Origin: Opitutia bacterium
Lineage (GTDB): Bacteria > Verrucomicrobiota > Verrucomicrobiia > Opitutales > Opitutaceae
Assembly: GCA_947478395.1 (NCBI GenBank)
Contig: CANJVR010000003.1
Location: 96,001 to 160,000, forward strand
Direction: 5' to 3'
DNA: 64,000 bases
In this document: positions 25,482 through 35,230 of the stretch, in pieces
Layout of the letters: every line of letters begins with the position of its first letter
Numbering within the stretch: the first letter of the stretch is position 1
Program-made: the position numbers and the translations under genes
The notes under the pieces: model-generated
Told to the model about the DNA's origin: nothing
Database searches by the model: none
Seen by the model: only the letters and a program-made list of their open reading frames with translations

Positions 25482-28400
25482 TTAGAAGTTGATCGTCGTC
25501 GAGAAGACGAACTTCCGGGGCTCGTACTGGGTGAACCCGTTCAATACTTGCATGCGCGGATTGGAACCCGACACCGTCAGCGCGTTAGCATCGTTCTGAT
25601 TCGTCAACTGGCCGGCGTTGATTACGCCGTACGACGAGAAGATCGGATCGTCGTTGTTGAGGATGTTAGTGATATTGAGTTGGAAGCGGGCTTGATACTT
25701 TCCAAAACGATACTCGTAGTTAACGCCCATATTGTTCGTGATTTGCGATGGCGCATAAAGGTAGTCGTAGGCGGCCGCCTGAGTCTGGGCCACGGTGGGA
25801 GCGGTCGTCTGGAACTTAAGACGCGGATCGCGGCTACCCACCTTGGCGCTGCCGCGCCAGCTGAGACCGCCGCTCAGACCAAGACCCTTCAGCGTGCCTT
25901 CCCGGAAACGATAGCTCGACGAGAGGGTACCGCGGTAGAGTGGACCGTTACCGATTGTGCCAGAAGTAAGGCCGTTCAGGCCGTTGTCGATGTTCTGAAG
26001 CGCGTTTACGATCGCCGCCTGGCTTAGAATAACCCGATTGGTGCCGGGAACCGTGGCGCCGTCGGCGAGCTTCGCACCCGCGTCGAACTCTGCCCGATGC
26101 TCGGCCATATAACGACGGAGGAAGGGGCGTTCGTTGACGGTCTGCACTCTGGGATGCCCCAAGTTCGCCCGCAGCGTCCAACTGTTCGTCGGATTGGCCG
26201 TGATTTCGACTTCGGTACCCGACAGATCGCGGTCAGAGGTATCGCGGTAGCTGTTGGAGCTGAAATCATAGGTATCGCCACCGGAGAGATAACCGAGGTT
26301 ACGATAGATCGTCTGGATGTCCGCGGTGTTCGGCATGCTGATGAGGTTACCGGTATTCTTGGTGAAGTAGCGCCGGAAATCAGCGTAAACTTTACCGCCG
26401 GGAATTGAATAACGAATGGCGTAACTCTTCTCACTGGAGAAGGGCGCACCAGGGGTTTCGCCGGTATAAAACGGACCACCACTAGTCGGCTCACGGTTAT
26501 TCTCGGCGTAATTATACACGAACTTGATGGCGCTCAGCCAAGGCCACCGCTGAGGAAACGGGCTGATCACCGTGCCATAGGCAAAGCTGTCAACCGACGC
26601 GCTGAACTTGGACTGGTAGCCGATCTCCGGAACCTTCGTGGCAGGGTTAACGTTACCAATATAGCGTTTAAAACCGTCCAGAGGATTGTTGGCACGACCG
26701 CCGATGGTGATGCCGTTCTTGTCGGCATTCATGATTTTATCCCGCCGGAAATTCCCAGTGATGATAAGGCGATCTTGGAAAAATGAGGTGTTGGAGTAGA
26801 TAGCCCCGTTTCTTCCAGCTCTCACACTGTCAGCAAACCATCCCGTGCCGTCGACATTGGCCCAATTCGTTCCAGGCAGCATGGCGTTCAATCCCGCCTG
26901 ATTGATGAGCGGCTGAAGGTGGGGCTGCGCATCACCGTAGTAGGTGCGCAAGGTGAGGGCATTGACGGCATTAAGTGCATCGGACTGCAGAGGATTGTTG
27001 ATGCGGCGCCACGTGCGGGACCACGCCGTATAGGTACCCGTCTTGTAGTCGAAGATAGCATTGATACCTTGCTTGAGGTCGAACCAGCGCGGGATGCGGA
27101 AGTTGTAGCTCAACTCAGCAATATAGTCGTCGTTGTCGTTGGCCTGATACTGGCTTCCGCCGGCGCCCCACTCGCTGTAACGGCGCAGGTAGTTGGGATT
27201 GTTTGCGCCACTGGGCAGGAGGCGGTTGACGTCGATTTTGACGTCGCCGGGCTGGGCGAAGTCGCCCCAATAGGTGACGGGGTCGACATCACTGGCATTC
27301 CACGTCACACGCAGCGTAAGATTGGGCGTGAAGGTATGAGTGAGGGAAACGTTCCGGGTATTGTTGTCGCGATCGGCGAAATTATCCACCGGCCCGAGCC
27401 AAAAAGTCTTCCCGAAGCTCCTGATCATGTTGGCGCCGCCAAACCAGTCTTGGGGCACATTGTAATTCCCCTTCCACGGGATCTGGTAACCCAAGCCGGT
27501 GGTCTGATACTGATTGCCCACGTAGTTAATCAGCGATTTCGTCGCGAAATTATAGGTGAGGCGATCATTGGTCGCACTGATAATGCTCAGACCCGTACCG
27601 ATTTGGCCTGCGGGCGTCGCCGGCAGCGCGGTGTTATCCAAGTTAACCGTTTTGCGGTCCCAGAAATTTTGGTTGTCGCCGTACGTTGTGCGATACTGGG
27701 TGTTCCACTCGTTGCTTCTCTCGTATTGCGCCGTCAGGAGAGTTTTGGGCGTCAGGCTGTATTCCGCTCTGACGGTAAGGCCCTTGTGCTTCTTGGACGT
27801 GCCTTCCTGCATGGATTTCGTATTTTCGTAGAGGTAATTCATGCGCATACCGAAGCGCTCCGCGCCGAAGTTGTAATCGAGCGTGCCGCGATAACCCTGG
27901 AAGGAATCAACGCGCGTTGTCACGCTCCCGGAGCGATTGTTGAACCGGACTCGCTTGCTCGAACTGCCGACCAAGCCGCCAGAATTACCCAGGCCGCCCA
28001 TGCCGGCGTTCGGGCCGCTCGTGATCTCAAAGCGGTCTGAGTTGTAGCTATCCGCCACGAAGTATTGTGGGACGCCGTCACGGAGCGGATAATTGCCGCT
28101 GCCGCCCGCACCACGGGTGTTGAATTCGAAGCGAGAGCCGCCGAAAGGCGCATCGTTGCCCTCAGGTACATCGACGTTCATGGTCCACTTCGCCGCGTCG
28201 GCGAAATCAGTGATCCCGAAATCGTTCATGAATTCCTTCGTCATGACTTGGATGGAACTCGGAGTCAGGTCCAACGGCGTGCTCGTACGGCCGCCTGCCA
28301 GCGTGTTACCAGCGGCGTAACCCCGATCTTTTTCCGTGCTGACCTGGAAAGGCGTCAGTACGACTGTATCGCTTTTGCGGCTCTCATCGAGGGCGGCCAT

Positions 28401-28565
28401 TTCATTGGCGTCGATCACGCCGTTTTTATTCAGGTCGTATTTCGCGAGCTCAGCGGCCGTAGGCGCTGCTGATTGCGCCTGCAAGCAGGGCAAGAGGGCG
28501 GCGAATCCACCGAGGAGTGCAACATAGCGGCGAAGCGCCGCCAGTGGTAGGCGTACAGGTGTCAT
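25482..28565 (-). CDS. TonB-dependent receptor (Opitutae type) 2, with N-terminal EF-hand-like loop
   Basis: Paralog of 22007-25060 (shared GYAAGNTL, SIQVMTKEFM, GLTSGTIGNGPL, KVGSRDPRLKFQT, SNPRMQVL); terminal Phe; DLNKNGVIDANE loop. Confidence 0.9.
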   Translation of the reverse strand: MTPVRLPLAALRRYVALLGGFAALLPCLQAQSAAPTAAELAKYDLNKNGVIDANEMAALDESRKSDTVVLTPFQVSTEKDRGYAAGNTLAGGRTSTPLDLTPSSIQVMTKEFMNDFGITDFADAAKWTMNVDVPEGNDAPFGGSRFEFNTRGAGGSGNYPLRDGVPQYFVADSYNSDRFEITSGPNAGMGGLGNSGGLVGSSSKRVRFNNRSGSVTTRVDSFQGYRGTLDYNFGAERFGMRMNYLYENTKSMQEGTSKKHKGLTVRAEYSLTPKTLLTAQYERSNEWNTQYRTTYGDNQNFWDRKTVNLDNTALPATPAGQIGTGLSIISATNDRLTYNFATKSLINYVGNQYQTTGLGYQIPWKGNYNVPQDWFGGANMIRSFGKTFWLGPVDNFADRDNNTRNVSLTHTFTPNLTLRVTWNASDVDPVTYWGDFAQPGDVKIDVNRLLPSGANNPNYLRRYSEWGAGGSQYQANDNDDYIAELSYNFRIPRWFDLKQGINAIFDYKTGTYTAWSRTWRRINNPLQSDALNAVNALTLRTYYGDAQPHLQPLINQAGLNAMLPGTNWANVDGTGWFADSVRAGRNGAIYSNTSFFQDRLIITGNFRRDKIMNADKNGITIGGRANNPLDGFKRYIGNVNPATKVPEIGYQSKFSASVDSFAYGTVISPFPQRWPWLSAIKFVYNYAENNREPTSGGPFYTGETPGAPFSSEKSYAIRYSIPGGKVYADFRRYFTKNTGNLISMPNTADIQTIYRNLGYLSGGDTYDFSSNSYRDTSDRDLSGTEVEITANPTNSWTLRANLGHPRVQTVNERPFLRRYMAEHRAEFDAGAKLADGATVPGTNRVILSQAAIVNALQNIDNGLNGLTSGTIGNGPLYRGTLSSSYRFREGTLKGLGLSGGLSWRGSAKVGSRDPRLKFQTTAPTVAQTQAAAYDYLYAPSQITNNMGVNYEYRFGKYQARFQLNITNILNNDDPIFSSYGVINAGQLTNQNDANALTVSGSNPRMQVLNGFTQYEPRKFVFSTTINF

Positions 28566-28744
28566 AGTTGTGTTATAGTCTTCCGGGGGAGACGCCGCAG
28601 GCTTGGTAGAGCCGACGAATGTCTCTTGGGATCGTTTGTTTGGGGGTAGCTAAAGCGAAGTGTCGACCCAGCACAGGAGCCGGTCCGACACTTCCGTCGC
28701 GCAAACGCAGCACGAATCTAAAATCAAGCGATCCTGAAATCTAA

Positions 28745-28756
28745 GTTATCTGTAAC
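28745..28756. promoter_or_regulatory. Possible LacI-family operator
   Basis: GTTATCTGTAAC, an imperfect GTTA-N4-TAAC palindrome between the receptor and the divergent LacI gene. Confidence 0.3.
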
Positions 28757-29169
28757 GTAACCGGCTCCACTTCCCGGAGGAAATCCCCTCGCCCGACGCC
28801 TTTTAGACCCTTTCTTTCTAGTCCGAGCGACCAAGAAACGCATCAGCGGCCCGCGATTGTTTTCGCCAAGCGTGCATCTCAAAATGTTCTATTGCTTACT
28901 ATTCTGAGCGCGGAGAAAAATCCGGCCGTAGGTTCGCACGCCCCGAAACCGCCGCCAAGATCCAGTTGAATTCTTCGCTGCGTTCCGAATGACAGACTTT
29001 TTCTAAACACCCTTCAAAAGCCATTCCGCATCACCCTCCGCCCGCGGGCCAGCGTACTACCCTAGATAGCTAAATTTCCCTTCTGCCCCCTCCGGCTCGA
29101 TTTTATGCCTCGGTTTTTTCGGGTGTGAATTTTCCGGCTTAACCATATCCCACCGCTGCTTTCGTCTCT

Positions 29170-30240
29170 ATGTCCCTCCCGGCAAATCCGCAGACCATCC
29201 GCTCGTTGGCTACGCAACTCAAGATCAGCGCGATGACGGTGTCCCGGGCGCTCCGGAATGCGGTGGGTGTGAGCGCTGCGACCCGCCAGCGCGTCCTCGC
29301 CGCCGCCGAAAAGCATGGTTACCGTCCCGATCCTTCGCTCGCAGTCCTGAATGCCTACCGTCGTAGCAAACGTCACCTGCTGCCCACCGAAACGATCGCA
29401 TACCTTAGTAATTTCCCCAAGGATGACGAATGGCGCCGCGTTTCCACATTTAACCGTTACTTCAGTGGCGTGCAGACGCGCGCCGCCGAACTCGGCTACA
29501 AGTTGGAAGATTTCTGGCTCAGCGGTCCCGAACTTACCGACCGGCGCGCGTCGCAGATTCTCAGCAGCCGGGGCATTCGCGGATTAATCATCGGGCCGCT
29601 CCACCGCGAGACCCCGTCGCTCGACCTCGACTGGTCCCAATTCGCCACGGTGGCGCTGGGCCGCAGCTTGGTCAGCCCGGCTATCACGGCGGTGTCGACC
29701 CATCACGCCCAAGCCGTCGAACTCGCCTGGCAAGAAGCCCGCGCACGCGGCTATCGTCGCATCGGGCTCGTGCTCACCGAAGACGAGGAAAAGCGCACGG
29801 CCGGTATGCTGCACGCCGCGCATTTAATCCAGCAGTCCCGCCACGCGGCCTGCGCATCATCCACTCTCATCACGCCCGATTTTTCCGGCCCCGCACTGGT
29901 TGGATGGGCGCGGTCGTTTCAACCGGATCTCGTCATGGCCAGCCATCCCCGCCACCACGAGTTGCTCGCGGAAGGTCTCGGGCCTGACATTCGCGGCGTC
30001 AAATTCCTCAACCTCGACGCAAATCCTCTTTCTGAAATCAGCGGCGTCGATCAGGGCCACGAACTCGTCGGCGCCGCCGCCGTCACCCTGCTCCACCACA
30101 AGCTTGTCCATCGTGAAGTGGGCATTACCCGACGCCGCGAACTCACGCTGATAGATGGAATATGGCAAGAAGGCCGCGGAGAAGAGCAACTCACTCAACG
30201 ACACGGCGCGCCTGTGTCGAAACCAGACCCACGCACGTAA
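29170..30240 (+). CDS. LacI-family transcriptional regulator
   Basis: TIRSLATQLKISAMTVSRALRNAVGVSAATRQRVLAAAEKHGYRPD HTH followed by a sugar-binding-like domain. Confidence 0.9.
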   Translation: MSLPANPQTIRSLATQLKISAMTVSRALRNAVGVSAATRQRVLAAAEKHGYRPDPSLAVLNAYRRSKRHLLPTETIAYLSNFPKDDEWRRVSTFNRYFSGVQTRAAELGYKLEDFWLSGPELTDRRASQILSSRGIRGLIIGPLHRETPSLDLDWSQFATVALGRSLVSPAITAVSTHHAQAVELAWQEARARGYRRIGLVLTEDEEKRTAGMLHAAHLIQQSRHAACASSTLITPDFSGPALVGWARSFQPDLVMASHPRHHELLAEGLGPDIRGVKFLNLDANPLSEISGVDQGHELVGAAAVTLLHHKLVHREVGITRRRELTLIDGIWQEGRGEEQLTQRHGAPVSKPDPRT

Positions 30241-30288
30241 AAAAGCGCCCGAGCGCGGCGTTTTGGACGCGCTCGAAGCTGATAAGGC

Positions 30289-31464
30289 CTATCGGCCGAT
30301 GAACAAGACGTCCAAAAGCTGCGGACCGGCGTTCCCTCGACCGCCCGCTCCTGCCGTGTTCGGAGCGGCCGGCGGAGTCGTAGCTGCTGGCGGCGCGGAC
30401 GCAACGGGCGCGGGAGCCGCCGGCGATCCATTGGCTGCGGCCGTGGGCACGGCCTCGCGTGTAATGACAATAATGCGATTGGCCTTGGTATCCACCGTAC
30501 ACGTTTTTCCGCCGGCTTTGGTTTGAACGACTTCAGTCAGCGCGAATTCCGTGGGGCTGATTTCCTTGATCACACTCAGCGTGCCGTTGCCGTGCGAGCT
30601 GTAGGCCTCCATCGTGTTCGGATTAAAGCCGCCGCCGTCGCTGCTGCCCGCGAGCGCGAGCGTGGTGATGATCTTGCCGTCGATCGAGCTGAGGACGACG
30701 CAGGTCGGTGTCCCGCCCTGTCCGCCCCGGCACATTGCGAACAGAAGATGGTTTTTAATATCGATTGCCAGGCCCGCCGGACCGTTGCCCTTTTCACCCA
30801 AGTCGAAATGGCCGGTGACCTTGAGCGTTTTAGCATCAATCACGGCGATGTGGTGCATGTTCGCCACATCAAAAAAGAGATGACCCTCTCCGTCTGAGAC
30901 GCCCTGTTCGACGGACGCATTCACGCCGCCCGGAGCGATGGCCTCGACCGTGCCGACGACCGAGCCGTCTTTCGAATCGACGACGAGGAGATTCGGGGCG
31001 CGATGGCTGCCGATGACGAAACGATGCGTGAAGGAATCGAAAATATATCCATCCGCGCCCGGCGCCGGGATCGTTTTGATCGCCTGCAGTGTCTGGGTGT
31101 TGAAAAAGGTCGCGGGATTTCCCGAAACAAGGCCGGTGTGATTTTCAGGGTCGATTGAAACGCCATGCCCGGCCGCATTCGGCACGGTTCCGACGAGTTT
31201 ATAGCTGTCGAGGTCGAACACGTTGACGACGCTGCCGCATGAAACATAGACGCGGCGATTGGCGCTGTCCGCCGTGACGTAATCGATCCCGCCGGCGGCG
31301 GGGAGCTGCGTCGTGGTGATAATTTTGTAGGGCTGAATGGCCGAAGCCGCCGCCGCTGCGAGAGCAGCCAAGCTGAAAAATATGCACAGGCCAAAGGCGG
31401 CAGCGCCGCGCGTATCCATACCGGGAGGGGATTTTTTCATAGGGGAGATCTGAACATTGACCAT
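30289..31464 (-). CDS. Secreted YncE/YVTN-type beta-propeller protein
   Basis: GGIDYVTADSANRRVYVS, HGVSID, IAVIDAKTLKV, PAGLAID repeats and a Pro/Ala-rich C-tail. The start may be downstream (31440). Confidence 0.8.
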   Translation of the reverse strand: MVNVQISPMKKSPPGMDTRGAAAFGLCIFFSLAALAAAAASAIQPYKIITTTQLPAAGGIDYVTADSANRRVYVSCGSVVNVFDLDSYKLVGTVPNAAGHGVSIDPENHTGLVSGNPATFFNTQTLQAIKTIPAPGADGYIFDSFTHRFVIGSHRAPNLLVVDSKDGSVVGTVEAIAPGGVNASVEQGVSDGEGHLFFDVANMHHIAVIDAKTLKVTGHFDLGEKGNGPAGLAIDIKNHLLFAMCRGGQGGTPTCVVLSSIDGKIITTLALAGSSDGGGFNPNTMEAYSSHGNGTLSVIKEISPTEFALTEVVQTKAGGKTCTVDTKANRIIVITREAVPTAAANGSPAAPAPVASAPPAATTPPAAPNTAGAGGRGNAGPQLLDVLFIGR

Positions 31465-31799
31465 GAATGGCCAACTTGGGATGGCGCGAACAAAACGGCT
31501 GGATGGCGAAAATGTAATCTGCTCCGCCGAGGTAGCGCTGAAATCTTTCCGCGCCCTACCCTAAAAATCATCCGGTCGGAAAAATTCCCGGCGGCTCGGT
31601 CAGATTCGGAATCGCATGGCGGATTTTCTTACCGCGAGATTAACGACCCCCGCCCCGGGTGCTTGCTGAGCGCGACTACGACCAAGCGGTGGCCTGCTGG
31701 ATCGCGTGAGAAATGATCGATCCACCCCGAAAATGCCCGGCAGCGGAATCGTTCGCTCCAGGAGCAGACGAGCGGTGCGGCGCCGAGCGCACGGAGCAG

Positions 31800-32708
31800 T
31801 TATTTTTTCGGCGTTGCCATCGCGGCTTTCAGATTCGTCGCAAGGGCCATCGCGGAGCCGCGGCCCCAGTAGTGCAGAAAGAGAATCCGCGGATTCTCAC
31901 TCGTCATGTGACTGTGAATCGCGACGACATTAATACCGGCCGCCGTGAGCGCTTTGAGCGCGGGCTGTAGCTCGGTTTCCGCCACGGCAAAATCGCCATC
32001 GACGAGGGCGTTGTCATCCGTGCCAGCAAACGCAGCCCACGTATTCACGCCCATGTCGGCGCCCGCCTCGCAACCGCACAGCATCGTCACGGTCCGGCCA
32101 ATCACGGCCTTCGCCATGCCATTGTTCGCCTGCAACTTTACCCCGAAGATCGGCTCGAGTGCCGCCGCGGTGATGTGGTTTTCCGCCGGCATTGAAGCCA
32201 GCCCGAAGGTTTTTGCCGGCTGTGGAGCCGCGGCCCGCACGGCTTTGATCGCGTCGAGCAAAGAGCGCACGCCGCCAGCCAAGGTGTTCAAATCACCCTC
32301 GCCACCGATGTGCATGAAATAGACATGCGGGTCGTCGAAGAAAAAGTGATTATGGAGCGCCGTGACTTCCAATCCGTGGTTCAGCGCCGCCTTCATCGCG
32401 GCCGCCACTTCATCCTGGAAGAGCACAAAGTCGCCCATGACCATGAGGTCGGATTCTTTGCCTTTCGTGAAGGCGGCCCACGACGTCAGCCCCATGAAGG
32501 GCGGCATTTTCCAGCCATCAACGAGGACCGGAAGATCGGCGCGCGGCGCGCTAACTTTGAAAACACCGGGCGTCACCGCGCCTTTTAATCCCGTGACGGT
32601 TTCAATTTTTGCGGAGTCAAAGGGAAGGTCGGCGCCAAAAAGGGCGCTGGTAAAAAGTCCGCCGCCCGAGATCAGCAGCGTGGAGAAAAAGCGATTTAGA
32701 GGTGACAT
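31800..32708 (-). CDS. DUF1259 (LppY/LpqO-like) secreted protein, duplicated domain
   Basis: Two repeats: MGLTSWAAF...GDFVL...VTALHNHFFFDDPHVYFMHI and MGVNTWAAF...GDFAV...VVAIHSHMTSENPRILFLHYWG. Confidence 0.85.
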   Translation of the reverse strand: MSPLNRFFSTLLISGGGLFTSALFGADLPFDSAKIETVTGLKGAVTPGVFKVSAPRADLPVLVDGWKMPPFMGLTSWAAFTKGKESDLMVMGDFVLFQDEVAAAMKAALNHGLEVTALHNHFFFDDPHVYFMHIGGEGDLNTLAGGVRSLLDAIKAVRAAAPQPAKTFGLASMPAENHITAAALEPIFGVKLQANNGMAKAVIGRTVTMLCGCEAGADMGVNTWAAFAGTDDNALVDGDFAVAETELQPALKALTAAGINVVAIHSHMTSENPRILFLHYWGRGSAMALATNLKAAMATPKK

Positions 32709-32756
32709 AGCGCAGACAGAGTTAAACGTGTTACTTACGAAATCAATCTTACATCG

Positions 32757-33677
32757 ATGATGACGCGCTGGCTCCTTTTTCTCTATGCACTACCTTCTGG
32801 TCGCGGCTCTCAGCGCGTCGGGCTTTGGCGGAATTTAAAAAAGCTCGGGGCGCTGCCGCTCAAAACTTCGGCCTATTTGCTGCCCGATACGCCGGCGCAC
32901 TACGAACGGTTTCAATGGCTTGCCCAGTCTCTCCGGGACGGTGGCGGGGAGGCGACGCTGATCCGCACCGCCGAGATCGAGGGGCTCGCTGCGACGGCCA
33001 TCCGCGCCCTGTTCAATACGGCCCGCGCGGCGGACTATGCAGAGCTCAATCGCGGGCTCACCGTTCTCTTGCGCACGAACCAACGCAAGGTCTCCGAAGG
33101 ATTCGCCGCGACGGCAGAAAAGCTTCGCGTCCGATACGCCGAGATTCAGCGGGTCGATTTTTTTGAGGCCCCGGCGAAACATGATACGCTCGTCCTGTGG
33201 CAGAAATTGGAACGACTGAGCGGACCGAAATCCACGGCCGTGCCGCGCGTGCGTCGCACAGAGTTTCAGGGTCGCACGTGGCTGACCCGTCCGCATCCCG
33301 AGGTGGACCGCGTCGCATCGGCGTGGCTCATCCGGCGGTTCATCGACCCGAAAGCCAAATTCGTTTTCGCCGCCAAGCCGGGCGCTGTTCCGAGCGCAGT
33401 GCCGTATGATATGCTCGACGTTGATTTCAGTCATCACGGGGACGACTGCACCTTTGAAACGTTACTCAAGCGCTTTGGTGTTGAGGACAAGGCCCTGAAA
33501 GCGATGGCCGAGATGGTGCACCAGGCCGACCTGCAGGACGGAAAATTTGCGGCGGTCGAAGCCGAGGGGCTTCATCGCATGTTCCGCGGACTCGCCAAGC
33601 TTGGCTGGTCCGACGACAAAATTCTCCAGCACGGTTTCATCTCCTTCGACGCACTCTACGCGACGCTCAAGCCCTAA
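32757..33677 (+). CDS. chrB: Chromate-responsive regulator ChrB (N- and C-terminal domains)
   Basis: RVGLWRNLKKLGA, WLTRPHPEVDRVASAWLIRRFIDPKAKF, FSHHGDDCTFETLL. Confidence 0.88.
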   Translation: MMTRWLLFLYALPSGRGSQRVGLWRNLKKLGALPLKTSAYLLPDTPAHYERFQWLAQSLRDGGGEATLIRTAEIEGLAATAIRALFNTARAADYAELNRGLTVLLRTNQRKVSEGFAATAEKLRVRYAEIQRVDFFEAPAKHDTLVLWQKLERLSGPKSTAVPRVRRTEFQGRTWLTRPHPEVDRVASAWLIRRFIDPKAKFVFAAKPGAVPSAVPYDMLDVDFSHHGDDCTFETLLKRFGVEDKALKAMAEMVHQADLQDGKFAAVEAEGLHRMFRGLAKLGWSDDKILQHGFISFDALYATLKP

Positions 33678-33734
33678 GCCGGCCCGTCGGATGGGAGTGC
33701 GTGAAGCGCAACGACGATCGGCGGCGACGGCGCT

Positions 33735-35048
33735 TTAAGGAAGCGAACGGATTGAAGCGGGAGCAGGTGATTGGCCGCGAAGCATGCGGGCGGCGAAGTC
33801 CCGCAGGAAATCTTCGCGCCAACGATTGACCGTCTTCGCGCCTTGCTGCGCACCCTCGGCCCAGCGCGGATCAGGGTCATCCGTCCACCAGTTCGGATAA
33901 CGAGGCGAAGACTTGGTGGCCAGTTCAGGCGCTGGATTGACGGAGGTGAATCCGCCAGTTTGGCCCTCAAGCCCGGGATGATTGCTCGCGATACGATAAG
34001 TCCATTTTCCCTCCGCCTTCGGCGAGAAGAGAAAATGCCAAGCTCCGTCGGTCCCGCGAAATCCGGCGAATTCCTGCCGATCGACCACGAGCACGGCCCG
34101 CGCTTGGGCCTGGGCTCGGCCCTCCGGCCGGTAAATCAATTCCACGATGGCATACGTCTCGACCACGTCTGCGACGGTGGGCGCACGCTCGAAAGTCACC
34201 CGCGGACGCTCCCATGCGCGCACGAAATGTCCGCCCCACGAATCGGCGCTAGGATTTTCCGGAGTCGCACCAAGAAGATAAGCGAGCGATGGCGTATCGC
34301 CCATCTTGAGCTTCGGTGCGATCGAGGCGAAGTAATCGCCGAGCGCACCGTGCCCCTTGAGGTGGGTCGCGACGAACGAGGTGTTGTCGAGATCACCGGT
34401 CTGATTGCCGCCCGTGAACCAGCCGTAATAGGTGGAGTTGGCCTCGATGATCCATAGATCGCGATGCTCGCGGGCAATGTAGTCGTACGCGGTTGTGGAC
34501 CATTTTTTGTTGGGACCGCCGATCCAGTAAACCCGGAGCTTCGATTTGATCGCCGGGTCGTCGTGCAGAGCTTGGGCGAGATCGTCGATGCCGCCCCAGA
34601 CGAGCAACCACAGCGGGCGCGGGTCCTCGCGCTTCGCGCACTGGATAATCCAGTCGGAACCCTCGGTGCGCTCGCCGAAGCCACGCAGATCAGCCGAGTC
34701 GGTGCCGCCTTGTTTTGTGATGGCGCTCAACGCAGCAGGCGTCGGATACAGCGCCGAGTAAGTTTTGAGATGGGGAAAATCGTCCGCGTAGCGGTCGATA
34801 ATTTTGAGGATGTTTTCTTTTCGATTCCGAGCCGCGCCCCACGGCGACGCGATCAGGCCTTCGAGGTCGAACGCGTCCGCGTAAACGAGGAGATGCACGA
34901 ACGACTGAAAGTCGTCGAAGTCAGTCCCGCCGATGTCCGACGAGACGATGACGCGGTGCCGCGCCGACGGCGGGGCGGCGGTCGCCGTGATCGCGCCGGC
35001 CAATCCCGCGAAGGTTACCAGCAAAAGCGCGCCAGAAATTTTCATCAA
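33735..35048 (-). CDS. Secreted DUF1593 / nucleoside-hydrolase-like protein
   Basis: [71 protein letters not shown]. Confidence 0.85.
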   Translation of the reverse strand: MMKISGALLLVTFAGLAGAITATAAPPSARHRVIVSSDIGGTDFDDFQSFVHLLVYADAFDLEGLIASPWGAARNRKENILKIIDRYADDFPHLKTYSALYPTPAALSAITKQGGTDSADLRGFGERTEGSDWIIQCAKREDPRPLWLLVWGGIDDLAQALHDDPAIKSKLRVYWIGGPNKKWSTTAYDYIAREHRDLWIIEANSTYYGWFTGGNQTGDLDNTSFVATHLKGHGALGDYFASIAPKLKMGDTPSLAYLLGATPENPSADSWGGHFVRAWERPRVTFERAPTVADVVETYAIVELIYRPEGRAQAQARAVLVVDRQEFAGFRGTDGAWHFLFSPKAEGKWTYRIASNHPGLEGQTGGFTSVNPAPELATKSSPRYPNWWTDDPDPRWAEGAQQGAKTVNRWREDFLRDFAARMLRGQSPAPASIRSLP

Positions 35049-35230
35049 GGGTTACGAAAAAAGAAATAAACGCGTGAGGGCCACCCAAGACGGGCGCCGA
35101 CGCTTCGACCACGTCCGGCCCGCCGGCTTACGTGAAGCTCTCAATGAAAACCGTGCGTGCGATAAAACCGAGGTTGTTGCCGTCATTGAATCTGCGGCCG
35201 GGATCCGTTTCTGGCTCAGCTCGATCCGAT

